A program made the translations under genes and the position numbers. A stretch of 63,637 nt of DNA, the filler included, from Octopus bimaculoides (Eukaryota), in NCBI RefSeq assembly GCF_001194135.2. It is 4 parts of 4 records of this genome, joined end to end, with 100 filler letters (N's around TTAATTAATTAA, not from the genome) between each part and the next. Parts side by side here need not be neighbours in the genome. Positions count along the whole stretch, not along the records: positions 1 to 28,192 come from NC_069001.1; positions 28,293 to 38,460 come from NC_068984.1; 2 more parts are not named here. The stretch is one strand, 5' to 3'. Every line of letters starts with the position of its first letter. Position 1 is the stretch's first letter. Under the pieces are notes generated by a model, which saw only the letters and a program-made list of their open reading frames with translations, was not told the DNA's origin and did not search any database. Positions 24,298 to 36,324 of this stretch are shown one piece after another.

Positions 24298-24450
24298 GAA
24301 TTTGCGGATGTGGAAGAGGTGAAGAAAAAAAAACGACAGAGGCGTTAAAAGGAATCACTTCGCAAGAGTTTTAGGACTGCTTCGAATATTGGAAAACGTG
24401 TCTGGACTGATGTTTATGTATTGTGAGAATACAGTTGCGGGTATCTTTTT
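24298..24450 (+). mobile_element. Mariner transposase C-terminal fragment
   Basis: Reads EFADVEEVKK/TTEALKGITSQEF*DCFEYWKTCLD*C, with a frameshift in the A-run. Confidence 0.7.
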
Positions 24451-24731
24451 ATTTATTTTGTATCCACCTATTAGAGTTACTTCTTTTTTATTCAACGGTT
24501 TTTCAAAGCATTTGTTTTCATTAATAGCCGACGAGAATGTATTGTAGCTCTTCCACATTAGTAACTCCGAGTACTATAATGACAACCTTTTACCGTTTGT
24601 TCTAAATTATAGCACACACACACACATATATATATACCAGAGTAAGCGAAACAAGGTGGAAAAAAAGAGTACTCAAATACCAGAGGTAGAGTAATATGCT
24701 GCTTTTTAGTAAATTATATATATATATATAT

Positions 24732-24949
24732 TTAAAATTTAAGGTTCAACAGGCATTGCTTCACCACACATCAAAAATAGCAACCAAAACTACTATTTCT
24801 CTACCAAAATGCGACTTCAAAGGCAAAAGAGAAAAACTAAAGAATCCATCCGGGTGGAGTCGTATTTTGGCAGAGAAATAATGGTTTTGGCTGCTATTTC
24901 TAACTTTTGGTGTGTGGCGAAGCAATGCCTGCTGAACCCTAAATTTTAA
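24732..24949. mobile_element. Older fold-back/MITE-like element (~85-bp arms, ~35-nt spacer)
   Basis: Arms 24732-24819 and 24855-24949 are reverse complements differing by transitions and one 7-nt indel; TTAA at both ends. Confidence 0.7.
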
Positions 24950-25047
24950 TTATGTTTCTATGAATTTACCGATAACGGTTTTAACACACCGAACTACTTG
25001 GTGAAATTACTAATTATTAATTAATTATTAATTTTTACCCTATGTCT

Positions 25048-25091
<44 letters not shown>

Positions 25092-25367
25092 CAACGCCAC
25101 TCGCAGAAATTCCTAAGTCTATGTTTTATTACTGCAAACATTGTCCATGATTTTGTTGTTTTGTTAATGAGCAGGAAAACAAATTTCGCAGAAAACTCTT
25201 CAGAACGCTATACTAATCATGATAGTTTGTGGAGGTGAGAATAATGAGTAGACTATCTGCCATTTTGCTTGATTCCTCCTCCCCATAATTACACTTAGTT
25301 TAAATAAAATATTTGGTTCAAGAAATGGGTTAACTCCTTTAGACATTATATTAGTAAAACAATCCTT

Positions 25368-25575
25368 TTAATCTAGGCACAAGCCCCGAAATTTTTGGGG
25401 AGGTGATAAGTCAATTAAATCATCCCCAGTGTTCAACTGGTACTTATTTCACCGATCCGGAAAGGATGAAAGGCAAAGTCGACCTCGGTGGAATTTGAAC
25501 TCAAAACCTGAAGACGAATGGAATGCCGCTAAGCATTTCTTCCGGCGTACTAACGATTCTGGCAGCACGCCGCCT
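25368..25575 (-). mobile_element. SINE family B
   Basis: Matches 2360-2569. Confidence 0.88.
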
Positions 25576-26339
25576 ACAGGGGAATTTCTGTGGAATGATA
25601 CGTAATTGAAATCTCCAAAATAGTGGAATAAATCGCTAGACAGATATTAAACATGTATGAAAACCATTTTTGAGAGTATCTCCACTCCACGGAGTGTTAG
25701 CGTTGAGAATCGTTTGGATAGCTTCTTAAAGAAATGGTCATCCTGCTACTGTTAAAAGTACATGAACTAAATTCACATGAAGATATCGTGAAAGAAAATT
25801 TTGATGTTTTTGTGTTTTCATGTTATGAAAACACAAATTCAAAACAGAAACCTAATAATGATTGAGTTTAATCTGATATTATATGTCTACCTTTCTCAAA
25901 TAGTTTATAAGAGAAAATCAAATTCAGAGCACACTTCTTTTAATAAAATTTATCTAACATCGATATGAAAGAAAAAAACGAGATTTACATAGATTTTGTA
26001 TGAATTACTGATCTTTATATAGTCTGTTTCAGTCCAAGTAATAAACAAACGATATGTAATATTAAGCATGTGAATATTTTTTTTTTTAAATGTTTGAATT
26101 TAGCATTAAAATGCAATCTTAAATGTGTAAATTTATGTCGAAGAAGCAAGTAGAATTTGTTGCGAAGAATCATAGACTGAGATTCGTATGTAATTACCAC
26201 AAAACAGTTATGCACAAGGACTTCATAAATTAACAGTTCCTAGTTTGTTTGTTATTGTGTGTATCTGCAAGTGTGTGAGTATTTTCATTTGTTTGCCAGA
26301 AGCTGTCAACTGATACCGGGTTAATTCAAGGCCACGTAA

Positions 26340-26696
26340 TGTATATATATATGTGAATTTAGTTCATGTCTGTCCTTGGCTGGCCTCAAATCTCACCTGC
26401 GAACCCATGGAAAACAAACCTCACCCAGCTATTCTGATTATATGTCTGTGCACACGTTTGAATGTGGTGTGTGCCAGAGGGTTTGCAAATCCAATGGGGG
26501 TCTTAAAAGACATGTTAGGATCCACAATGAGCAGAACTTACTTGCAGGTATTAGTAGTGTAAATCAGAGGTGCAATCTGTGTGGGTGTTTTTTCAAAACA
26601 CTGTCTGGTTTAAAAAGCCACATCAGACGCCATGAAAGGGCTAAGGTGTAGGTGCAGGAGGTGGTCAAACTCTGTTTAAGGAGTAGACAACCACCA

Positions 26697-26698
<2 letters not shown>
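26340..26698 (+). mobile_element. 5'-truncated LINE (probably RTE-like) 3' end encoding three C2H2 zinc fingers, followed by (TA)n
   Basis: Open frame 26340-26651 reads ...SLAGLKSHLRTH...CGVCQRVCKSNGGLKRHVRIH...CNLCGCFFKTLSGLKSHIRRH..KV*. Short 3'UTR; decayed paralogue at 3628-3890. Confidence 0.7.
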
Positions 26699-26738
<40 letters not shown>

Positions 26739-27045
26739 CAGACTCCAAGAGTATAGGATCTAGAATTAGTATAAGGATTTTGAGTACTCGACTAATAAAA
26801 GACTCGAAGCACCCACCTCAACCCCGCGGAGGCAAGTCCGCATGGTCACTGCAAAATAGAGATATATATAAGAACAATTATGAAAGAAATGCATATCTAT
26901 GTATATGTATTCATTTATATATACTCATATACATGCATATATACACACATGCACACACATGTACATGTACACACGCGCGAACGCAAATATATGCAAATAT
27001 TCACATACATATCTATATATCCTTATATACACTTATCTTTTCGCA

Positions 27046-27080
<35 letters not shown>

Positions 27081-27099
27081 TAGATAGATNNNNNNNNNN

Positions 27100-27153
<54 letters not shown>

Positions 27154-27192
27154 GAAAGATATAGACAGATAGAAAGATATATATAAAGATAT

Positions 27193-27262
27193 TCTCCTAC
27201 TTGTTTCAGTTAGTCGACTGCGGCTATACTGGAGCACCACCTTTATTTGGCTTGTCGAACAA
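27193..27262 (-). mobile_element. SINE family A, 3' end fragment
   Basis: Reverse complement of ggtggtgctccag...gactgaaacaagta. Confidence 0.7.
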
Positions 27263-27304
27263 ATAAATCATTATCATTATAAGACACAGAACTAGCCTTA
27301 CGTA

Positions 27305-27355
27305 ATACGTACGCTGAGGACGGGTAACCACCCAGAAACTCGAGTCCGTGTGTAT
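27305..27355 (+). ncRNA. Type-I hammerhead ribozyme motif at the 5' end of a ~200-bp repeat
   Basis: ATACGTACG-CTGAGGA-C-GGGT(aacc)ACCC-A-GAAA-C(tcga)G-TC-CGTGTGTAT. 9-bp stem I (two G-U pairs), palindromic loop III, GUC triplet. The C.A pair at the base of stem II deviates from consensus. Confidence 0.7.
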
Positions 27356-27507
27356 CATGTAAGGCTAGAGATGGGAGCGATGACCTCCCCTCGCAAATAC
27401 TAATCGGACGCAGAATGTGTGTCGTTAGCCAGCTGGAAGAGATGTCTTTCTGGGGTTATAAACTTCAGTAGCGCTGTCCTGTATAGGACGCCACACTTGA
27501 TAGGTAA
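27305..27507 (+). mobile_element. HHR-headed short repeat, copy 1
   Basis: Aligns by eye with 8208-8405 (aaggctagagat.ggagcgatga; ctgggg.ta.a.a; tgtataggac.gccaca). Confidence 0.6.
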
Positions 27508-28014
27508 TAATACGTTACGATATAAATATATACTGAAAGAGAACTGAATATATAAATACATAGTCACAACACATCTCTTGATACACTTAGTGGCTACTAC
27601 AAACCTCACATCACGAGAGCCAGATAGGATGATCTTGCAGCTGAGGATTTGAGTTTACAATGACATCACCCCAGAAACACAACTAGATCTCATAATGCAG
27701 GGTAATGTCTCCATCACCAAATTACCTTCAAGCATGAAGAACTAAGGGGCGTAAAATCAATTATAGTGATGACAAATAAATGTCCAACCGTACTCCTTCT
27801 TGTTGACTCCAACTTATTCTATTATCTATTCACACACTCCAGGAGCCTAAATGCAAATCTGGAAGTACATATAACGGTACAACTAAATATCATCGAGTGA
27901 AATTTGAAGGTGGACGAGTTTTATACTGTACTCTACTAGGTACTTAACAGAACATTATACATATATACATATATATATATATATTTCATATGTACATATC
28001 ACTAGCCACTACAC

Positions 28015-28160
28015 ATTCTTTATGTTCTCTCCTTGTTTCTTTCTGTGGAAGAGCGTAGGCTCGAAACGTTAAAGATTTTTTCACTTCCCGAGCGTTAACC
28101 TAATACATCTGTTTGTTGTCTACACCACCTGTCTTCGTCTTTTGTTTTTTTATGATTTCT
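28015..28160 (+). mobile_element. Penelope-like short repeat with HHR-like motif at 28038-28075
   Basis: TCTTT-CTGTGGA-A-GAGC(gtag)GCTC-GAAACGTT-AAAGA; abuts a (TA)n tract and a gap. Confidence 0.6.
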
Positions 28161-28192
<32 letters not shown>

Positions 28193-28292
28193 NNNNNNNN
28201 NNNNNNNNNNNNNNNNNNNNNNNNNNNNNNNNNNNNTTAATTAATTAANNNNNNNNNNNNNNNNNNNNNNNNNNNNNNNNNNNNNNNNNNNN
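28193..28292. other. Artificial 100-bp scaffold spacer, N44-TTAATTAATTAA-N44 (also 38461-38560 and 58656-58755)
   Basis: Identical geometry three times; the 12-mer palindrome gives stop codons in all six frames. Confidence 0.92.
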
Positions 28293-28335
<43 letters not shown>

Positions 28336-29821
28336 GTATGTGTTTATCTGAGCTGCTTTTGTGGGTTTTAAATTATGTAATCCAGTATCAACGAGTAGGA
28401 TCTCGCTTTTGAAATGAACTAAGTCAAATAAAGCTGATCTGTTCCGGTTTCATAACATTTTTGTTGAGGAAACAATGCATGCATTGCAGCTGGTAAATAG
28501 GATTTATACGAAGTATAAAGCTCTATACCAAGAGATATATACCTTGCAAATACCCACGTTATTACATCACTGCATACATGGATACTTGCATACATGCATA
28601 CAGATATATACATATACATATATATATATAAACATATATATATGTATATGTGTGTGTATATATGTATGTATGTATTATGTATGTATGTATGAATGTATGT
28701 ATGCAACTGGGAAAGGATGAAAAATACAAATGTGTATGGGCATGCATATGTATGTGTATTTTCACTCATACACATTTGCACATATCAGCCCATAGTATAC
28801 GCACTTGCTGAGGAAACGCCTCAAAATATTCAGTTGATCACATCGACCTTAGTTCATATTTCAGCTTGTCACTATTTTAAATCAATCTCTGTTTATCAAA
28901 TCGCTAGTTAACATGTAGCCTCCTAGAGGAAAATGAGTTTTGTTGATTGTAATTTGGCTAAGTTACTCATGTGTGGTCACCAAGAAAGTTGATGTAAGAT
29001 TAAGAGAGAATATGAGGTGTATATGAGCATATGTAGGTTGTGAATGTTGTCAATATGTACTGTTTATGTGCACGGAGAGTATGTTACGGGACAGTTATCT
29101 TAACATATGGAACGATTGTGTGTTTTTGTGTTGTTAATCAATCAAACTGCTGAAGCCGTAGATGCACAACAGCAAGAGACACAATCTCCGCTCGCCATCT
29201 TTCTAGGTCATCAGCTAGTCTCATATTTTCCACCATTTATTTTCTGCCCATTCTCTGTACTTTTTCAATCACGCATTTCTTCGTCTTCCTATGTAATATT
29301 GACGAAGATATGTTTCCTGTAGACTGATGTTTTCGCTATTTCTGCTCATGATGGTAGTTCAATTGCCAGAAAGTACGTCTCTAAAATGCTGAAAATAGGA
29401 AGACAAAACCAAGCTTTTGGGTATACCACATTTAGTAGATTATGGGCCAGATTACGTGTAGTAATGCATTGGTATGGCATCATACTAACAGGGAAGGAAT
29501 GAGAGACTCAACTGGTTTATAAGTAGTTAACATAATAAAAGCTTCTCATACCAAGATCATATGTATGTTCTGTTTAGCTATTTAGTTCTTTAGTCTGTTT
29601 TAATTATCGCAGGTGAGATCTTGCTTGATTAAATATCAGACCTCAGGGCTTATACTATCATATATATTTGCACACATTTAATACACAATGTCTATTGAGC
29701 ATTTTTATGTTTTGGTGTCACAACTAAAAATGTGATTATATGTGTTAATGTATAGCAATATGAACAAGAGCAGCAATAACAATAATTTACAGGCCCAGGA
29801 ATGGTTGTGTGGTAAGCAGCT

Positions 29822-30226
29822 AGGCGCAGGTGTGGCTGTGTGGTAAGTAGCTTGTTTACCAACCACATGGTTCCGGGTTCAGTCCCACTACGTGGCACCT
29901 TAGGCAAGTGTCTTCTACTATAGCCTCGGGCCGACCAAAGCCTTGTGAGTGGATTTGGTAGAAAGAAACTGAAAGAAGCCCGTCGTATATATGTATATGT
30001 ATATATATGTGTGTGTTTGTGTGTCTATATTTGTCCCCCGAACATCGCTTGACAACCGATGCTGGTACGTTTACGTCCCCGTAACCAAGCGGTTTGGCAA
30101 AAGAGACCGATAGAATAAGCACTAGGCTTACAAAGAATAAGTCCTGTGATCGACTTGCTCGACTAAAGGCGGTGCTCCAGCATGGCCGCAGTCAAATGAC
30201 TGAAACAAGTAAAAGAGTAAAAGAGT
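29822..30226 (+). mobile_element. SINE family A, full length, preceded by a degenerate extra head (29790-29821)
   Basis: Head, internal (TA/TG)n, 3' body and aagagt tail repeats. Confidence 0.92.
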
Positions 30227-31240
30227 ATTCAATTGTTCTGTGTGTCTGGATGTCAAAATCCCATAAAATTCGTAAAGCATTTTCTCATACATAATTGAAC
30301 CACTTATCTGAAGTGTTGTAATCGTAATGTCTACAAAGTGACCGGTGGAAATTGAGACAAACTTCATCATAACGTTGCTTGAATGCCTTTTTGGTTCTTT
30401 TTGAGATAACATTTTTCTGCCTGCTACAATTCGCTCAATATTTTCCTCTCGTTGTTTACATTGGTGGGATATGTTTATTGAAGCGATAGAGTAAATACTA
30501 TTACAAATCTAGTGATTTGAGCCGGATCTTGAACAGTCACCAATAGAATCTCAGTTTCACTGCTTCAACACAAATGTTTCCCCTCTTTGGTCTCTTTTGT
30601 CTTATTCATCCCACTATACTTACTAGTCTATCAAATCTTATCACTTCCTATTATCATTCGTCTACTTTTAGAATTTAGTTACGACCTATACTAACTTTTA
30701 AACATGAATAGATATATACCCAATGAGTTTATACTCCTACTAATTCTATATGTTTTATTTTGCTTTCAAGGCATCCGTCAGCAACATACATGCTCGAACA
30801 CTTACCGAAGGCTGCATTCCAAATCTACCGAACGTATCATTTAAGATAAAGCCTACTAAAATATTTATAAACTTCAAACAAAATCCGACAAGTAAAATGT
30901 CCTTTATCTCCACTCTAATTTAGCCTATGAGCCAGTTAATACCAAACGCTATGCCTAATGTATCTTAACTTCGGTTCGTTTATCCTATGACCCACTATTG
31001 TAATAAACACCTATACCGAAAAAGAATCGTCACCGATGACTGGAGGATTTACAAAGTAATCAAAGTAAGGCGTTACATACAGCGAATTAACGTATTTTAG
31101 ATCCTGCTGCTTTAGATGCTAAAGTAGTTGCAATTTTGTTGCCATAAATTAATCGCATATTCCCATCAGGCTTTTTATAAGTTTAGTGTTGATTACATGT
31201 TTACACAAAAATCTATACTTCTTGCCCAAATACACGAAGT

Positions 31241-31283
<43 letters not shown>

Positions 31284-32462
31284 GTATAATTATAATGTCT
31301 TAAGTTGACTTAAATAAATGATAGTCTCTTCGCTGTGAATTTATAATATTTCCCCCTATCCGTTAACCCTTTTCCCCAAAGACTGTAAAACATTTTAAAC
31401 CTAACATATTTGGTTACATTGTAGTATTTACTTCGTTAAATGCTATCAGAAAAATCTGTATATTTGCCATGTTACGAGATAAAACGACTCGGGAATACAT
31501 AGATTCCAAACAACATAGTATTTCAAATATTATTGTAACTAAGCGTAAGACAGCTATTCTCTTCAATAATGCAAGTTACAGTCTTAACTAATGCCTTGAA
31601 TCTAAATGGCTCTTTTTTGTGGGTTTTTTTCTTTTTTTTCATAAAACAAAATATCAACCTTCTTCGCATTATTAAAATTATTATATATTTATTTCAACTT
31701 TCATCATAATCCACATACACAACCATGCGGATTAGTAAGCAGATCAATTTATCAATTATAAACAAATTTTATTTTAATTTTTGCGATCGATGTTGACACA
31801 AAGAGGATTTATATTTCAAATACACACTTATTCGCGCTTTTCCTCAATAAACGATCACACACATTTACCATCCATCTTTCGTATTTAATTCACTATCTTT
31901 GCTCGTGATTCTTTTACATTTGCTGTTTAATTTCATCCTACAGCCGTTTTCTGCATATGCCATCGATTATTTAGTTCTTCCCATCTCAACAAATCTTCAT
32001 GAATATAATGTTAACTTCTTTCGGTTGCAATTTTGAAAAATCCGGATCGTGAGGAAACTTTATGAACAGTATCAACTTTTACAAATTTAATACGTGAATG
32101 CAAGCAAGTATGCGTTCGGGCGCGTGATTTGGCAGCTAACACAACGAGCGACCACACAGAGGTTCCTATGAAGTTCCTTAGTAGAAACTGCCGTTTCTTA
32201 CTGAAATAATAATACCAAATTACAGATATTTTCTGTTATACTTATTTTGTCAAAAAGGGCTTGACTTTTTCTCATCACCCACACTTTATCTGCAGATATT
32301 AACATCAATCTCAGTAGTCGAGGACTTCTTGCAAAGGTCATAGTTAAGCAATGTTCTATTTTATACTGACTCAATTTCATAAGAAAATAATCTCACTAAA
32401 ACTTCAAGAATTTGCAATTGTTAGACAGTGCTGAATGTTGAACCTTGACCCATAATAATTCA

Positions 32463-32463
<1 letters not shown>

Positions 32464-32528
<65 letters not shown>

Positions 32529-32560
32529 CAGCGGCAGCAGCAGCAGCAGCAGCTGCGGCT
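32464..32560. repeat. (TAG)n-(GCA)n compound microsatellite; second (TAG)n at 32787-32854
   Basis: Direct inspection. Confidence 0.95.
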
Positions 32561-32787
32561 GTACCTGTTATTATTATATGATTATTGTCCACGTTGAGGT
32601 TGCTTTGTTTTATACAAGTTGTTCAAGTCTCATACTGCGACTTCAAGAAACAGCATGCTAGACATTTTACTATGGATGTTATTTAACTGGTATATTATAC
32701 GGAAGGCAGACCAGAATTTGAGTAGTAAAATTCTGTTAATTGTGTAATATTTCAATTATAGATAAATCAAGCATTTTCAGGTTGACT

Positions 32788-32856
<69 letters not shown>

Positions 32857-33102
32857 TTAACACCACGGCACGTACGTTCCTAAGACTTCCTATGTCAAGA
32901 TTAAAGTTCTCTTTGTTTGGAATGCATGAACTGCAAATAAATGATCAATCCTTACAAAACACACAGAGTACGTAAATATCTTTATAGATGTATAAATATA
33001 ATTATATACTAAATATTCATTACAATTTATGTTTATTTTAGATTCTGATGTGTAGGGTGATTTTATAATCGTGTATAGGTATTGAAACAAACGTACACAC
33101 AT

Positions 33103-33139
<37 letters not shown>

Positions 33140-33356
33140 CATACATCACCCCTACCAACTACACATGTATACACACGCTCTTATACATACACATCCTTAC
33201 GTGTGTGTCTTGTGTGTATATATGTATTTATATATATATACATACACACATATTTATATATATATATATACACACAAGACACGCACGTAAGGATGTGTAT
33301 GTATAAGAGCGTGTGTATACATGTGTTGTTTGTAGGGGTGATGTGTATATATATAT

Positions 33357-33402
<46 letters not shown>

Positions 33403-34488
33403 TAGACCATACGTTCTGTAGCCAAATACCGGACTTTATACGGTTTTTCACGAAGATTAAAAACTGCGAAGTGAAACCCACTTTCAACTTCTCTTCCTTT
33501 AAGCCTTGCAATCCAAAGATTGAAATATAAATCATCCAGTAAAGTTTTATTTCTTTCCAGTATGCGAACATTCTGTTCTACATATGTTAGAAGAGCATAA
33601 TGTATACAACTAGATTAAATATCACCAACACAGCCATGTGCAGATGCTGACGTCGGATACAAAGGCACACTTAAGTACAATGTTAACTGGAAATTAACTT
33701 TTTATTTCAGACCAGTCCTTTCCAGATGTGAACTGCTTCAAATTATCTATATTAATAGTCTTGGTTTAAGTAGTCGTTAATATTTTTGTCTTTTGTACAA
33801 CTCGTTTGAAAAACGCTAAGAAAATTAGGAAAAAAAAAACATTTAATTTAGAGTTAATTTATTCATTCTGAATATTTTTAGCTTTTTAGCTGTCAATTCG
33901 AGGTCAGTTATTTAGTATTTTTAGCATGGTCACAGCTTGCCGCGTCTATACAGCTGTACTGTCGTTGTCGTAGTAAATCCATATCGACAGCATTAAACTA
34001 ACATAGACATTCGTTTAAGTTAGTGTTAACATACTTAATGCAAGTAGATATCAAAAGGTCAATGTAAAGTATGTTTGCAGTGACGAAAAGACATTAGCTT
34101 AATGACATTTAATTTTAATTAAATCATTAATTACGGCAGACATAACCGTTTATATTAATCTCTTACCCGTCTACATTATTGTAAATTAATCTACAATAAT
34201 AAAGACGTATATGTGTGAAAATTAACATACTTTCGAAAATAATTATAAATCATTTCGGAAAATTACTCAGAATTCCATCCGCTTGGAAATAAATTGGACT
34301 CTAGTGTTTCACGGGGTTATATGATTGAGCATTAATTAATTAGAAATAAAATCAGTTATAACTTATCCACGTTATACTGTTCTAAGTTCAGATCTTACTA
34401 AGGCCTGTCAAATCGCTACCTAAAAGAATTATAACTGAGTAACTGGAAAAATCCTGATGAAACTTTCTAAGTTTGCTGTAATAATCTA

Positions 34489-34745
34489 CAGGGTTTCCAC
34501 AAAGACTGGGTACATGGAGTAAATAAAATCATAACATAAACTATTAACTATAAGAAATAATAATTTCTTAAAGTATGTGTTAATCCCCATGTGGGTACAT
34601 GGAGTAAATAAAATCATAACAAACAATTAACTATAAGAAATAATAATTTCTTAAAGTATGTGTTAATCCCCTTGTACCCAAACTTTTAAGTTTGATTTGC
34701 ACTACCTTCATTCAGACAGCGCTTTATTTTTCAACATATTCTTTC
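34489..34745 (-). mobile_element. Tc1/mariner-derived remnant containing an ~85-bp tandem duplication
   Basis: TA|CAGGG terminus; duplicated units 34508-34588 and 34593-34671; minus-strand EYVEK* at about 34716-34733. Confidence 0.5.
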
Positions 34746-34769
34746 ATGTCCATCAAACTTTCAAATTGT

Positions 34770-34902
34770 GGCACACGGCCAGCAATTCTGGGGATAGGCT
34801 AGTCTATTTCATCGAACCCAGCGATCAACAGGTACTTATTTTATCGTCCCCGAAAGGATGAAAACCAAAGTCGACCTCGGTGGGGTTTGAACTTGGAACG
34901 TA
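34770..34902 (-). mobile_element. SINE family B, partial
   Basis: ggtacttattttatcg.ccccgaaaggatgaaa..caaagtcgacctcgg. Confidence 0.75.
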
Positions 34903-36324
34903 ATGTCATCTTATGTCTGGATGTTGATAATTCTCCTACTAATGTGGTGAACCAGACAATTGGTATCATAACTTTTTGGAATGATATATTGAAATGAATG
35001 TTTAAGACTTAAAATCTTTTTGAAAATATTGTAAGAACCTCAGTTTACTAGTATTTAATTTCCCTTAATTAGACCACATTTGATAACCTGACACTACCAC
35101 GCTAAATAATAAACATGATACTGTATTAGAACAAGAAAAAAAGTTATGGTAATATTTGAAGGTTGTTATGCTTCAGTACTTCTCTTATCACTATTCATAA
35201 ATATGTACAGCTACAACCGCAGCAATAGAGGCATAAATAACACCTACTCACGCACACCCTGGTGATTTAAACACTCCAACATCTATCCATATGAATGCAT
35301 GCATGGCTTTTGAAATAAACGTTTAATTCAGCTAAGAGGAAGTGTGTTGCTCTTGCTATATAATAACTTAATGATTCATTATTTAGTTTGTTTGTCTTTT
35401 GTTTCTAAACCACGCCATCATGTCTGACATCCAGTTCAAATTAAATAGAGATGTTACGTGGTTTATAATACGATGGGAAATTTATAAACCGTTGTGCTAT
35501 AGTATAGCTGATTAACTTCTTCAAATTGCTATTCCTTTTTATCTTGAAATTTTACACCAAAAGGAGTACTCTTTACATTTTGAAACGGTTGTCGATATAG
35601 TCAGTTTCTCTGTGGCATTTAGCACAGAGGACTACACACGAGCTCTTTCATACACTCAGCTAAAAGATAGGAAGTTCAGCGTTGGCTTATACATACATAC
35701 ATGCATACATACATACATACATACATACATACATACATTTTATATNNNNNNNNNNNNNNNNNNNNNNNNNNNNNNNNNNNNNNNNNNNNNNNNNNNNNNN
35801 NNNNNNNNNNNNNNNNNNNNNNNNNNNNNNNNNNNNNNNNNNNNNNNNNNNNNNNNNNNNNNNNNNNNNNNNNNNNNNNNNNNNNNNNNNNNNNNNNNNN
35901 NNNNNNNNNNNNNNNNNNNNNNNNNNNNNNNNNNNNNNNNNNNNNNNNNNNNNNNNNNNNNNNNNNNNNNNNNNNNNNNNNNNNNNNNNNNNNNNNNNNN
36001 NNNNNNNNNNNNNNNNNNNNNNNNNNNNNNNNNNNNNNNNNNNNNNNNNNNNNNNNNNNNNNNNNNNNNNNNNNNNNNNNNNNNNNNNNNNNNNNNNNNN
36101 NNNNNNNNNNNNNNNNNNNNNNNNNNNNNNNNNNNNNNNNNNNNNNNNNNNNNNNNNNNNNNNNNNNNNNNNNNNNNNNNNNNNNNNNNNNNNNNNNNNN
36201 NNNNNNNNNNNNNNNNNNNNNNNNNNNNNNNNNNNNNNNNNNNNNNNNNNNNNNNNNNNNNNNNNNNNNNNNNNNNNNNNNNNNNNNNNNNNNNNNNNNN
36301 NNNNNNNNNNNNNNNNNNNNNNAT

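Noticed and set aside
24963-25008. HHR-like string CCGATAA-CGGT..ACC-GAAC..GTG-AAATT
   Set aside because: At least four core deviations, including a disallowed NUG triplet; too decayed to call.
28237-28248. TTAATTAATTAA island inside N runs (also 38505-38516 and 58700-58711)
   Set aside because: Identical N44-12-N44 geometry indicates an artificial six-frame-stop scaffold linker, not biology.
34447-34478. CTGATGA followed by AACTT/AAGTT hairpin (similar partial hits near 1855-1880, 8150-8195, 23275 and 53045-53070)
   Set aside because: Missing GAAA, stem II or stem I; expected by chance in AT-rich DNA.
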